Assembly: GCA_016839515.1 (NCBI GenBank)
Contig: JAEOUE010000254.1
Span: 1-64,000 of the forward strand
Direction: 5' to 3'
From: Candidatus Hodarchaeum mangrovi
GTDB lineage: Archaea > Asgardarchaeota > Heimdallarchaeia > Hodarchaeales > Hodarchaeaceae
DNA: 64,000 nucleotides
A program made the position numbers and the translations under genes. Below, one piece after another: positions 1 to 10,154 of the stretch. The notes under the pieces were generated by a model. It had not been told where the DNA came from and did no database searches. It saw only the letters and a program-made list of their open reading frames with translations. Every line of letters begins with the position of its first letter. Position 1 is the first letter of the stretch.

Positions 1-2
1 AG

Positions 3-284
3 AGTTGGTTGAAATTCGGTTTTCCTCAATCTTATTCCTCAGATGCTCTAGAAACATTATACTGGCTTTCAATGAGCAAAGTTCTCTATCATAAAGAGTT
101 TGAAGAGGCTCTTAATCATGTAATTAAGTCTATGGATCCCTCAGGTTACTGGGTAAACCAGATTGCGTTTAGAAATCCAATGTTAGTTGAAATAGAACCT
201 CAAAAGTCTCCCTCTAGATGGTTAACCTTCAGAGCATGTTTTGTGTTAAAGAATTACTGCGAACTGGTTTTTCAGGACTCATAA
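3..284 (+). CDS. C-terminal fragment of a conserved hypothetical protein (prenyltransferase/squalene-oxidase-repeat-like); runs off window start
   Basis: Frame is open from the window edge: WLKFGFPQSYSSDALE...G.W...PSRWLTFRA resembles the C-terminus of this alpha-barrel family. Confidence 0.5.
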   Translation, partial: SWLKFGFPQSYSSDALETLYWLSMSKVLYHKEFEEALNHVIKSMDPSGYWVNQIAFRNPMLVEIEPQKSPSRWLTFRACFVLKNYCELVFQDS

Positions 285-372
285 ATATCACTTGAATTAG
301 GATATTTCTAAAACTTCTTCTTGGATCTCTCAATTGATTTCTTATTTTTATTGTTAATAACAGAGTGAGATT

Positions 373-705
373 TTAAGGCCATTTAATGTTAAATATAAAT
401 GATTTGGCTGTAGCTCGGTAATATTTGAGGACTATTCCATATTCATTTTTTACTTTTCGGGAAAATAATGCTAAATCCTTGGCAATCAAATCATCAAGAT
501 GTCGTTTTATTGTCCCGGGATTAAGTTGAGTTTTTTGTTTTAATTCCATTATATTTAATTCTTTTTCACGTAATAAATAAAGTATATCTTGCTTTTTTTC
601 ATGAAATAAAACTGGAATAACCAATGGGTCTCTTAATTCTTTCTTTTCAGGTATTACTACCTCTTTACTTGATTCCTTAGATTTATCATAAAAGGAATTG
701 GTCAT
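373..705 (-). CDS. ArsR-like winged-helix transcriptional regulator
   Basis: ILYLLREKELNIMEL...PGTIKRHLDDL HTH plus wing ending KYYRATAK. Confidence 0.8.
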   Translation of the reverse strand: MTNSFYDKSKESSKEVVIPEKKELRDPLVIPVLFHEKKQDILYLLREKELNIMELKQKTQLNPGTIKRHLDDLIAKDLALFSRKVKNEYGIVLKYYRATAKSFIFNIKWP

Positions 706-902
706 TCACAAATAATCCTTTTTACATTTCCTTAAGGGAAAAATATAATTCATTAATTCCTTCAATTGGAATTCATGTTGAGACAAATTTAAATTAGATA
801 ATAGAATGATATTCTGAACTCTTATTCATGATGGTAATTGCTGAAGCAATTATCATCTTTAGTCTTTTTCTCATTGCTATAAGGATGGATGGTTTCTTAG
901 AA

Positions 903-2429
903 TTACATTGATTTTCTTTTACGAGAAGCTATGAGAATCATTAGTGAACATAAAATAATTATGAAAGGTATATTCGTTATCTCTTGATCAGTTAATGCAG
1001 TTGTTGTTTTGGTTTGAAAACTTGTTTGTGTTTGTGAACTAGTAGGCATTGTTTCAGTTATCGGTTCAGAGAAGAAATATTCCAACATATCATCTAAGAT
1101 ATGCTGCCAAGCACCAAAACTGTGACATTCTGGATTATAAACAGCTGTTGTAGACCATCCTTTTGCATTACAAATTGAAACCATATTTTTTGTATCCTCT
1201 ACCATTGGCACCTTGAAATTATTATTATTTTCATATAAGCCAACTGAAAACCATGTTTTCAGATCCATAGAGATAGGGGTCTGTGCATATTTTGACATTA
1301 TCCCAAATGTAGTTTCTCCTCTTGAATAACTCCCTGATTGTGAAGCTAATAGTTTAAATGTGTTAGAACGTTCTAGGACAACATATGCTGAGGCTAGAGC
1401 ACTGATTGAAAACCCCAAATGCAATCGAGCATATGGCGAAGGGTTTGTAGCATAATTTGCATCTATAAACGCTACTAAGCCATCTAAAAATGTTAAATAT
1501 TCTGCATTACAATTATACCAGTTGATACGAGAATAAATGTCATTTGGATTATTGGGATCAGCATCTTTATGGTCTATAAAGATTGCTATTATAGGCTCGA
1601 TTCTTTGATCTGCTATCATATTATCTAAAATGTCCGTGGCTGACATCAATTGAATATAATAAGAACCATCCCCGGTGTACATAGTGGGGTAGTTACCTAG
1701 CTGATCATAGTTTGGAGGAAGGTATACTTGTACAATCGGGTTGTTCCAAGGTGTTTGAAGAGTTGTGAGAGTACCATGTGGGATATCTGGTCTATGAATA
1801 ATATCAAGTGGTTGTATAAACTTAGGCATTGCTAGTTCAGAAGCATTTTTACCAAAAGTATAAGGGGTCTGATTAGGATTACGGGGATCTATTCGCCATT
1901 CATCTTCTCCATTAATTATGAAGAAATAATCAATTCGAGTCGCAGGTTCAATAATAAATTCGAATGATGTGTGAGGAAACTGAAAAAAATTGCTAGAGAG
2001 TGCATAATAGAAAAAAGAAAAATTATCATCCAATTTGGTCATATTAATTGCATTATAGGCAGTAAAGTCTCCTAATATCGCACATGATTCAATTGATGTG
2101 GTTGAATTATAATAGATGAATACAACATGAGAATCATTTTGAATCGCTGGAAAACCACCACCATCAGTTTCTTGCCATGTAATATAGTAATCTATAACTG
2201 TAGCTTTTTCTGATTCCGTTGAATTGTGATATTGTACCAGAAAATCATAAAAACTAGAGAAAAATTGGTTGGTATTAAGTTCAGAAGTTTTTTTTACAAT
2301 ATTATCAACTTTATTGTCATTCTCAGTTTTTACTACTTGAATTAGGTTTGGAGTCATTATAATTGTATTTAAAGAGATTAAGAATGCAATTATCAGAAAC
2401 AAGCAATTATATTTTGGCAAAAATTTCAC
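903..2429 (-). CDS. Membrane-anchored enterochelin-esterase-like alpha/beta hydrolase with N-terminal beta-sandwich (CBM48-like) domain
   Basis: Signal-like N-terminus; IDPRNP; VYLPPNY; GDGSYY; nucleophile elbow GFSIS; ECHSFGAW; S/T-rich linker; C-terminal TM followed by RKRK. Confidence 0.75.
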   Translation of the reverse strand: MKFLPKYNCLFLIIAFLISLNTIIMTPNLIQVVKTENDNKVDNIVKKTSELNTNQFFSSFYDFLVQYHNSTESEKATVIDYYITWQETDGGGFPAIQNDSHVVFIYYNSTTSIESCAILGDFTAYNAINMTKLDDNFSFFYYALSSNFFQFPHTSFEFIIEPATRIDYFFIINGEDEWRIDPRNPNQTPYTFGKNASELAMPKFIQPLDIIHRPDIPHGTLTTLQTPWNNPIVQVYLPPNYDQLGNYPTMYTGDGSYYIQLMSATDILDNMIADQRIEPIIAIFIDHKDADPNNPNDIYSRINWYNCNAEYLTFLDGLVAFIDANYATNPSPYARLHLGFSISALASAYVVLERSNTFKLLASQSGSYSRGETTFGIMSKYAQTPISMDLKTWFSVGLYENNNNFKVPMVEDTKNMVSICNAKGWSTTAVYNPECHSFGAWQHILDDMLEYFFSEPITETMPTSSQTQTSFQTKTTTALTDQEITNIPFIIILCSLMILIASRKRKSM

Positions 2430-2690
2430 CTAAAAAGAGAATTAATTTGAAAAAATATTAGTTTTTAGACAGAGGCAGATCTTTTGAATAAGATAAAAGT
2501 ACTAATTAAACCAGAAAATTTCCATAGGGTGCTAAACTTTATCAAAACACTTAATTATTTTTTGAATTAATATTTTATAGTCTAAAAATAGTAAAATAAT
2601 ATTCCTTTTCTGAAGACAACAAATCTAAAGTATAGGATTTTTATATAATTCTCATAATCCGAACTTTTTGGTAAAAAAAATCATTATTTG

Positions 2691-3179
2691 TCATTTTTTC
2701 TTGAAATAGTTCTCGATTTGAACTGCATGACCCCCTTCATGTCCATCTCCCTTATATGTGTAGCTGAGTAATGATGGAATAGAGACTGGAATAGATGTGC
2801 CTTTCCAGACAAAATTTGTTTGATAATCCCATTCTGAGCTTGATAGGTCTTTAATTTTAGTAATTAATTCATCGAAGGATTCTTGCCATTCTTCCATAAT
2901 TTCATCGATTGTCCATTGTCTTCTTTTTTGTGTTTCTAGCTTATTAAATTCTCTTTCGTTTAACTTCTCTTCATCAATAAACCATGGTTTCTCATCATTT
3001 GAAATACTGTCAATGGCATTGATAAGTTCAAAATTCCAAGCAGAGATGTGTGCCAAAATATCTTTTACAGTCCAGCTCCCTAGGTTTTCGTCCATCTGAC
3101 TTCTTTTTAGTCTATTAACAACATTAAATAATTTTTTATGATTATCAATATAGAATTGGATACACTGTTGTTTATTCAA
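2691..3179 (-). CDS. DinB/ClbS/DfsB-like four-helix bundle protein
   Basis: WTVKDILAHISAW and HEGGHAVQI motifs. Confidence 0.75.
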   Translation of the reverse strand: MNKQQCIQFYIDNHKKLFNVVNRLKRSQMDENLGSWTVKDILAHISAWNFELINAIDSISNDEKPWFIDEEKLNEREFNKLETQKRRQWTIDEIMEEWQESFDELITKIKDLSSSEWDYQTNFVWKGTSIPVSIPSLLSYTYKGDGHEGGHAVQIENYFKKK

Positions 3180-3378
3180 AATGAAATCCTATCCTTTTTA
3201 TTGATTTAGCTTGGTCTAAATCTGATCATGTTAGAGACAACAAACACTACTCTAACATATGTTTTATCTGAATCAATAGTAGTTTCAGAAATATATCTAC
3301 CGAGTAATCCATAAATAAGTTATCATAATAAATTAGTACTAGTAACACCATACAAATTTCGATTAAATAAGAAATTTT

Positions 3379-4731
3379 TCATAGAAGATACCCATACACA
3401 AATATTAACCCTCTCTGACCTATATCCCTTCCTTCATTGTAATCATCAGCATAGGAACAAGTCACACTCCACCCTGTTTCTGTAAAGAAGGAAGGAACAT
3501 TCCTTTTTTCTAAACCCCATTTAAAATGCCGTGTAAAAGGGCCAAATACAAGACCAGCTAGAGCTGGAACACAAATATCCATAAAAATTTTACTTTTACA
3601 ATGACTGATAGCAGCCATTTTTCTAAGCAAAGTGATTATTAGTTTTTGGTCTATATAATATACTAATCCTTCTAAAATCCAAAAAGTAGGAATTTCTAAA
3701 GAATATCCATTTTGTATCAAATAGGATTCCCAGCTTGGTTGTGATAGATCAATAGCAACTCTAGTTACCTTACATAATGGCTTTTTATTATGGAGGATCT
3801 TTTCTTTATATTTTATAATAGCATCAAGGTCGATTTCGAATACTATATGGTTATTTGTTCTCAGAGGTAAAAATCTATAAGCACGACTATCTAAACCAGC
3901 TCCTAAAAGGACGATCTGTGTCTCTTTTTGATTACACCAAGCAGTTAGCAAATTCTTTTCAATGAAATACGATCGTACTAGTGGATAATCACCTCTTTTA
4001 ACTGTAAATTTATGTTTTTCAGCATAAGAAGAAAAATCACCTGCTAATTCTTTTGCAAAAGAATCAATAAATAAAGGAGCATCACTTTTAGACTCTTGTG
4101 CTCGATAATAGGCCATAAGACGAGCTGTAAATGGAATGTCTGTTTTAATTCCATCTTCTTCTCCATATAAATATTCATAATCTCCTATATCCATTGATTT
4201 TGAAATCTCCCTCCTTTTACCTTCTTTTACTGTTTTTTTTAGTTCGTCATCCAAATGATTCTTTTTTAATTCGATTTCAGCTACCTCTTTCTCAATGATC
4301 TCTAGGAATGAAGGCATAATATTGATCTTCCAGATGTACTGAGTCTCTACGGTTTTTTTATGCATAGATGATCCTGGATATTGCCATCCTTCTAATCCTT
4401 TTGACCCACAGTAAAGGAGCTGCAGAATAGCTTTAAGATATCCAACTATATACCCTTCAACTTCCTCTAATGATAAATTCTTATCTTCTATATCTATTCC
4501 TGCTTCTAGAGGATCCCTTAATAAACGAGATGATATATATCCTACATCAATAGGATCTCGTAGTCCTTCTAATATTATTTTCTCAATAGAAGGTTTTATT
4601 TTTTTAATAAAATCTAAATAAACATCAAATCCATGTTCAGGATCCTTATTAAAGATTTCAACTATTTTTTCGACATCTGGTATAGTTTGTTTAATTAATC
4701 TACGAGTAAATGCTATGATATGTTTTTCCAT
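3379..4731 (-). CDS. Leucine-carboxyl-methyltransferase-family SAM methyltransferase with ~190-aa N-terminal extension
   Basis: TARLMAYYRAQES, QIVLLGAGLDSRAYR, FEIDL, WILEGLVYY. Confidence 0.8.
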   Translation of the reverse strand: MEKHIIAFTRRLIKQTIPDVEKIVEIFNKDPEHGFDVYLDFIKKIKPSIEKIILEGLRDPIDVGYISSRLLRDPLEAGIDIEDKNLSLEEVEGYIVGYLKAILQLLYCGSKGLEGWQYPGSSMHKKTVETQYIWKINIMPSFLEIIEKEVAEIELKKNHLDDELKKTVKEGKRREISKSMDIGDYEYLYGEEDGIKTDIPFTARLMAYYRAQESKSDAPLFIDSFAKELAGDFSSYAEKHKFTVKRGDYPLVRSYFIEKNLLTAWCNQKETQIVLLGAGLDSRAYRFLPLRTNNHIVFEIDLDAIIKYKEKILHNKKPLCKVTRVAIDLSQPSWESYLIQNGYSLEIPTFWILEGLVYYIDQKLIITLLRKMAAISHCKSKIFMDICVPALAGLVFGPFTRHFKWGLEKRNVPSFFTETGWSVTCSYADDYNEGRDIGQRGLIFVYGYLL

Positions 4732-4791
4732 CTTGATTAACCCGCAGGTATCTCTCTGAAAACCCTAGGCTTTTTTTCAACTCTTTTAAGG

Positions 4792-5649
4792 TTATTGAGT
4801 CCTTTCCATAATTCGTGTCAAACCAGAAGCAGCTAGAACCAAAAATTCAAATATTTTATAAGAGTCAATCACATTGTTAGCATTATAATTAACAGTTAAT
4901 CCGTCAGTTCTTTCTATGAGAGGAAGCATCTCTGCAACATCTGCAAAATGACTTGCAAGAAATGAAATCACTGTATTGATGGGAGAATTCATTTTTAAAG
5001 GCTTGATTTGCTTTTCATTAAAATTATGAACTGATTTTTTTACTGCTTCTCTTAAATTTGATTCGATTTTAACCATGCTAGAGCTCCTAGCTGATAATCG
5101 TGTTATCGATTGCTTTAGAGTGACTGTTTCAACCCAAGGAGTGAATTTTTTTATGTCATCTGAAAGAAGTTTAGCATCACCTGCAACCAAGATTGTTGGG
5201 ACATTATAGTCACCAGCTGCAAATGAATTAAGCAAAAACTCGCTTAATTCGATTCCATTCATTTCTAGGCGTCTAATAGTTGCTCCACTATATGTATGAT
5301 CAAATGTAGAATGAGATGTACCAAATTTTGCATGATAGCCTAAAAATAAGGCAACGTCACATCCTTCAATCCCTGCAATCATTGCTGTTGGGCGAGGAAA
5401 ACCACGAATGATGTCCACATATTCAGGTAATTCGTCTATATGAAGATTAACCATTGGTCCATGACTATCAGCAACAACAATCTCATTGAACCCAGCTTTA
5501 TTTAGCTCATCAATCACGGTTAATGTGATTCGTGTGGCAATTTTTCTTGTTTCGTTATACATAACTCCCTTTAAACTTAAATGCCCTGGGATGACAACAA
5601 AAGGCATGCCCTCTAAGTCAACAGAAATAAATGCTTTCATATTTATCAT
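4792..5649 (-). CDS. dppA: D-aminopeptidase, peptidase M55 family
   Basis: ISVDLEG, VADSHG, GYHAK, FDHTYS metal-binding motifs. Confidence 0.9.
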   Translation of the reverse strand: MINMKAFISVDLEGMPFVVIPGHLSLKGVMYNETRKIATRITLTVIDELNKAGFNEIVVADSHGPMVNLHIDELPEYVDIIRGFPRPTAMIAGIEGCDVALFLGYHAKFGTSHSTFDHTYSGATIRRLEMNGIELSEFLLNSFAAGDYNVPTILVAGDAKLLSDDIKKFTPWVETVTLKQSITRLSARSSSMVKIESNLREAVKKSVHNFNEKQIKPLKMNSPINTVISFLASHFADVAEMLPLIERTDGLTVNYNANNVIDSYKIFEFLVLAASGLTRIMERTQ

Positions 5650-5770
5650 TCCTAATTTAAATCTATTTTTATTTGAATATTGTACAATTTGATGAAATGC
5701 AATTTAAAGGATTTTTTCGGAATTTCAAATCCTGAATAATCTATCTACTGATGAAGAATAGCCAATAGAT

Positions 5771-6463
5771 CTATTTTTCAATGAATCTTAGAAGCTGATT
5801 AAGGTTTGTGATAATTCTTATTTTATTTTCCTCAAAAACTTGGCCTGTACGATCTATTAATACACCATGCATCCCTGAATTAAAAGCACCAAGAGCATCA
5901 ATCTCTAATTGATCACCAACATATACTAGCTCTTCAAGTGAGAGATTTAATTCATTTGCACATTTTTTAAAGAGATTGGGATTAGGTTTTCTTAGACCAA
6001 CCTCCCCAGAAATAATTATAGATCGGAAAAAGGATTCTATATTAGTTACTGCTAATTTTTGTCTTTGTTGAAATCCTTCACCATCAGAGACAATCCCTAG
6101 AGGGAACTTTTCAAGCATTGTAAGACATGGTAAGACATCCTCATACAATATCCAATTCTCCTCATATTTAATAAGATATTGGGTGAATATTTCCATTGCT
6201 TGATCAGATGAAAGAGTTTGATCCCATTTATTAAAGACACTTTGAACCCGCAAGATTCGTTGTTGCTCAAATGTAATGTTTCCATCCAAATATTCATTCA
6301 TGTATTGATCTGTTTTAGTTTTCCAAATTAAAAAAAATTCATCAAAGGTTGATTGAGGGATTTTAGACTTCACCAATGAATAGATATTTTCAAGAGCTCT
6401 TTTAATTGCCTGCTCATGGTTTAATAAAGTACCATCGATATCAAAGATGATTCCTTTAATCAT
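5771..6463 (-). CDS. HAD-superfamily hydrolase
   Basis: FDIDGTL motif I, RKPNP, YVGDQLEID. Confidence 0.9.
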   Translation of the reverse strand: MIKGIIFDIDGTLLNHEQAIKRALENIYSLVKSKIPQSTFDEFFLIWKTKTDQYMNEYLDGNITFEQQRILRVQSVFNKWDQTLSSDQAMEIFTQYLIKYEENWILYEDVLPCLTMLEKFPLGIVSDGEGFQQRQKLAVTNIESFFRSIIISGEVGLRKPNPNLFKKCANELNLSLEELVYVGDQLEIDALGAFNSGMHGVLIDRTGQVFEENKIRIITNLNQLLRFIEK

Positions 6464-6539
6464 ATCTAGTTCCTCATTCTTTATTTAATGAAAAAGAAAT
6501 GTCGCGCTTTTTTCAACGTTTATAATAATCTCTGTATGT

Positions 6540-7913
6540 TCATTGACATTCAAACTCTTCTAAATCTATTTCAATTGGTTCAATTCGACTTAATATGATA
6601 ATTCCGAGAATTGCAGCTGTAAAAGATGCAATCAAAGTAGTGAATTTCTGCATTGTTAAAAGAACAGTATCTATTATTGCAAGACTTCCTATAAATAAAG
6701 CCATTGTAAATCCAATTCCTGCAAGCATTGCCACACCGATTATATGCTGCCAAGTTATTCCCGTCGGTAAGGAGGTAATCCTCAGTCTCACTGCAATCCA
6801 TGTGGCTACACTTATTCCAAGTGGTTTGCCAATAACCAATCCAAAGAATATACCAAGTTCTAGTGGATGGATAGTTAATGGAACTTCTTCTAGCAAAACC
6901 CCAGCATTAGCTAAAATAAAGATAGGGATAATGGCATAAGCAACCCAATAATGTAAACTACGTTCAAATCTTTGAAGAGGAGCTTCAACCTTTTGACACG
7001 CAGTTTCAAGTGCCTTAATTGCGTTTTGCTGCTTTTGATTTAAAAGAACTCCCGAGCCACATTTCCCTGATGATTGAAATTCCTCAATCATGAGCTGACT
7101 TTCTACAACAAATCTATCAGCGTTAATTTTATTTTTTGCAGGAACTGCGAAAGCAAGTAGAACCCCTGCTATTGTTGCATGAATGCCAGATTGGAGAATA
7201 ACGAACCAAAGGGCGATTCCACCTAGGAGATAAAGGAGGGGATTATATTGATTAAGTCTGTTAAATAGAATAAGAATGAGAAAAATAACAAAAGCTAGTA
7301 TAAGATTGAACCAGTTAATATTTGAAGAATAAAAGATGGCAATAACTATCACAGCCCCAATGTCGTCAATTATTGCAACTCCTGTTATAAAAACTTTTAA
7401 AGGGAAAGGAGCTCGTTTTCCCAAAAGAGCAAGGATCCCTAAGGTGAAAGCAATGTCTGTAGCCATTGGAATTCCCCATCCTGAGATACTTTCAGGAGAG
7501 CTGAAGTTAAAGAATATATAAATTGTTGCAGGGACGATCATTCCCCCTAAGGCTGCTATGATCGGTAATGAAGCCTTTCTTAAAGTGTTCAATTCTCCTG
7601 TTATTATCTCTCGTTTGATTTCTAAACCTATCACAAAGAAAAAAATTGCCATTAATCCATCATTTATCCATAAAGAAAATTTCTTACTGAGTCCAAAATC
7701 ACCAAATCTAATTGTTACATTTGTTGTCCAAAACTCATTATATGTTTCAAATAGGATGAAATTTGTCAGTATCAAGGCACTTAAGGTACAAAAAATTAAA
7801 ATCAATCCGCTAAATTGTTCTGTTTTCATAAAGACTTTAATTGGTCTTATAATACGATCAGATAAATTTTCTTCTGTCATTTTGGTTTTAGTTGCCATAA
7901 ATTTCCCCTTCAT
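6540..7913 (-). CDS. nhaA: Na+/H+ antiporter NhaA
   Basis: WINDGLMAIFFFVIGLEIKRE, GWGIPMATDIAF, AIIDD, GKPLGI, GIGFTM. Confidence 0.95.
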   Translation of the reverse strand: MKGKFMATKTKMTEENLSDRIIRPIKVFMKTEQFSGLILIFCTLSALILTNFILFETYNEFWTTNVTIRFGDFGLSKKFSLWINDGLMAIFFFVIGLEIKREIITGELNTLRKASLPIIAALGGMIVPATIYIFFNFSSPESISGWGIPMATDIAFTLGILALLGKRAPFPLKVFITGVAIIDDIGAVIVIAIFYSSNINWFNLILAFVIFLILILFNRLNQYNPLLYLLGGIALWFVILQSGIHATIAGVLLAFAVPAKNKINADRFVVESQLMIEEFQSSGKCGSGVLLNQKQQNAIKALETACQKVEAPLQRFERSLHYWVAYAIIPIFILANAGVLLEEVPLTIHPLELGIFFGLVIGKPLGISVATWIAVRLRITSLPTGITWQHIIGVAMLAGIGFTMALFIGSLAIIDTVLLTMQKFTTLIASFTAAILGIIILSRIEPIEIDLEEFECQ

Positions 7914-7971
7914 TTTGTACTTTCATTTTTATTTTAAAGATGTTCAGTGAAAAAATTTGTGAAAAGCAGAT

Positions 7972-8658
7972 TTACAAATTTAAGCTCACTTTGGAAGTAT
8001 CTTCTAAAGGTTGAAACAGAACTGCTCGAACTGGCGCGCCTTCAGCTCCTTCTAGTTTCAAAGGGAATCCAAAAAATAAGTACCGGTTAGGAACTATTTT
8101 ATGTAAATCTAGGCTTTCATAAATAAAAATTTCCTTCTTTAATAATAACTTATGGATGTTACTATCTCCAATGCTTAAACAATCTATTCCTATTGCTTTA
8201 ATTTTCTTTTCTATCAAAAATTCTGCGCCATTTTTAGTCAAAAAAAGTTCTTTATGTTCCGAGACAATAGATGGAAAAAGAGAATTTTTAGTTTTTATTA
8301 AAATTATATCATTTGGTTTAATATCATATTGTTCAAGGTGATGAGAACTTATCCCCTCCCCAACAGGGCTCTCTACCATCTCAATGACTAAAGACATTCC
8401 TTGAAATTTTGACAAGGGAATATCGGTAATTTTTTTCCCCGTTTCAAAAAAATGAAATGGAACATCTACATGGGTTCCTGTATGAACCCCCATTGAAATA
8501 CTAGAGAGATTTACTTCATTTTGAGGCAGTTTAAGATGAAATTCCTGTTTAAAGGGGGGATCTCCTGGATATAAACCTATTTGCTCATTAATTGTCTGTG
8601 TAATGTCTAGAGGGAACATAAGAACGAGAAAAAATTCAATCAATTTATCTTCTTTCAT
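7972..8658 (-). CDS. Cyclase family protein (kynurenine formamidase-like); true start may be the Met of MFPLDIT
   Basis: HTGTHVDVPFH, GIDCLS, EGAPVRAV. Confidence 0.85.
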   Translation of the reverse strand: MKEDKLIEFFLVLMFPLDITQTINEQIGLYPGDPPFKQEFHLKLPQNEVNLSSISMGVHTGTHVDVPFHFFETGKKITDIPLSKFQGMSLVIEMVESPVGEGISSHHLEQYDIKPNDIILIKTKNSLFPSIVSEHKELFLTKNGAEFLIEKKIKAIGIDCLSIGDSNIHKLLLKKEIFIYESLDLHKIVPNRYLFFGFPLKLEGAEGAPVRAVLFQPLEDTSKVSLNL

Positions 8659-8751
8659 TCAACTAACTCTATTCTTAGGATTGAAAATTTGAATTCGAAG
8701 TAGTCCTTGAGAAAATTTAGTGGTACTAAGGAACTCATTTTTTTGAGTTTT

Positions 8752-8916
8752 TTAGAGGTCTCTTTGAAGTGTGTTACTAACAAAGATTGAAAGACTTAAT
8801 CCAAAAAAGAGAAAAATATCACCAAATTGGGATGAAGGGTTTAAAATCAATAGAATAAATCCAGAAAATAACATGAGGAGACTAATAAGTATCCCAGCTG
8901 TTTTTATTTGACTCAT
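8752..8916 (-). CDS. Small 54-aa two-TM hypothetical protein (below the ORF-track cutoff)
   Basis: Manual translation MSQIKTAGILISLLMLFSGFILLILNPSSQFGDIFLFFGLSLSIFVSNTLQRDL*; fills the gap in a co-directional gene run. Confidence 0.45.
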   Translation of the reverse strand: MSQIKTAGILISLLMLFSGFILLILNPSSQFGDIFLFFGLSLSIFVSNTLQRDL

Positions 8917-8982
8917 AACAAGATTTTTTTCTATAACTTCTTCTCTTAATATTTTAGATAAAGGTAGATGAAGTAAATAGTT

Positions 8983-10032
8983 CTATAATGTTTGAATGAT
9001 ATCAGAAATAATATGGCTTACTTTGATTACATCCTCCGAATTGATGCCGTAATGTGTAACAAAGCGAATTTGATTGTCTATATTTAAGGCTAATACACCA
9101 TTTTCTGCCAGTTGGTTCATTATTTGACTCATTGGAGTTTTTCTTGGAAAATTCACAAGGAGTATATTTGTATCAGGGATCTCAACTTGAAATAAATCTT
9201 GTTGCTCGTTTAAAAGCCTTGCAAGTAATTGTGCATTCGTATGATCCTCTTTTAATCTATCAATCCATGGCTTTTCTAAGGCTACTAATCCAAAAATCGC
9301 TATAATCCCTGCTTGTCTCATCCCACCACCTAACATTTTTCTAAATTTACGTGCTTTACTAATAAATTTCCTTGATCCTACAAGCATTGATCCTATAGGG
9401 CAAGATAAACCTTTACTAAAGCAAAACATTAAACTATCAATATATTGAGAAAAGTCAGTAATAGGACGATTTAAAGCTAATGCAGCATTGAATATTCGAG
9501 CACCATCCATATGAAACTTCAAAAAATGAGCATCAGAAAACTCTCTAAGTAGTTTTAAGGTTTCTGGAGTAATTGTTTTCCCTCCATACCAATTATGAGT
9601 ATTTTCAATAGCTATTAAGGTAGTGGGTGGCTGATGAATATCTTCTCGATCCCGTATCAACTTTTTCAAAGCCTCAACATCTGGGATCCCATGATTACTT
9701 TGATATAACCATGGGGATAGTCCTGCAATCCGAGATGCACTCCCAACTTCATAAAGTGCCATATGACTTCGTGTTTCAAATAACACTTCATCACCAGGAG
9801 TAGTTTGAGCAAGTAATGATAAAAGATTGGCTTGAGTCCCTGAAGTACACAATAAAGCAGCCTCTTTTTCAAAAATTTTTGCGGATTTTTCTTCTAGTGC
9901 ATTTACCGTTGGATCTTCCTGATAAACATCATCACCAAGTTGGTCATTCGTCATAGTTTTGATCATTTCCCACATTTGGGGACTTGGTTTGGTTACTGTA
10001 TCAGATCGTAAATCTATTATTGCTTTTTTCAA
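8983..10032 (-). CDS. ltaE: Low-specificity L-threonine aldolase (PLP-dependent)
   Basis: IDLRSDTVT, GDDVY.EDPT, SGTQAN, ENTHN, HMDGARIFNA, FSKGL. Confidence 0.92.
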   Translation of the reverse strand: MKKAIIDLRSDTVTKPSPQMWEMIKTMTNDQLGDDVYQEDPTVNALEEKSAKIFEKEAALLCTSGTQANLLSLLAQTTPGDEVLFETRSHMALYEVGSASRIAGLSPWLYQSNHGIPDVEALKKLIRDREDIHQPPTTLIAIENTHNWYGGKTITPETLKLLREFSDAHFLKFHMDGARIFNAALALNRPITDFSQYIDSLMFCFSKGLSCPIGSMLVGSRKFISKARKFRKMLGGGMRQAGIIAIFGLVALEKPWIDRLKEDHTNAQLLARLLNEQQDLFQVEIPDTNILLVNFPRKTPMSQIMNQLAENGVLALNIDNQIRFVTHYGINSEDVIKVSHIISDIIQTL

Positions 10033-10154
10033 TACAAAACCTTCCTTATTCTAAAATCCTTATCAGGCGATTGAGAATTAATAATAAATTATCTTTTTTA
10101 TATTGAGTTATAAAAGTAATTTAGACAATAGAATTTTAAAAGGATTCTTTTACT

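Noticed and set aside
3228-3258. 9-bp inverted repeat ATGTTAGAG-N13-CTCTAACAT
   Set aside because: Real but isolated, with no U-tract and no second copy; function cannot be assigned
5486-8341. Short ORFs overlapping dppA, the HAD gene, nhaA and the cyclase gene (5486+, 6097-, 6580-, 6595+, 7336+, 7558+, 8156+)
   Set aside because: Antisense or alternate-frame shadows of well-supported genes, with no motifs
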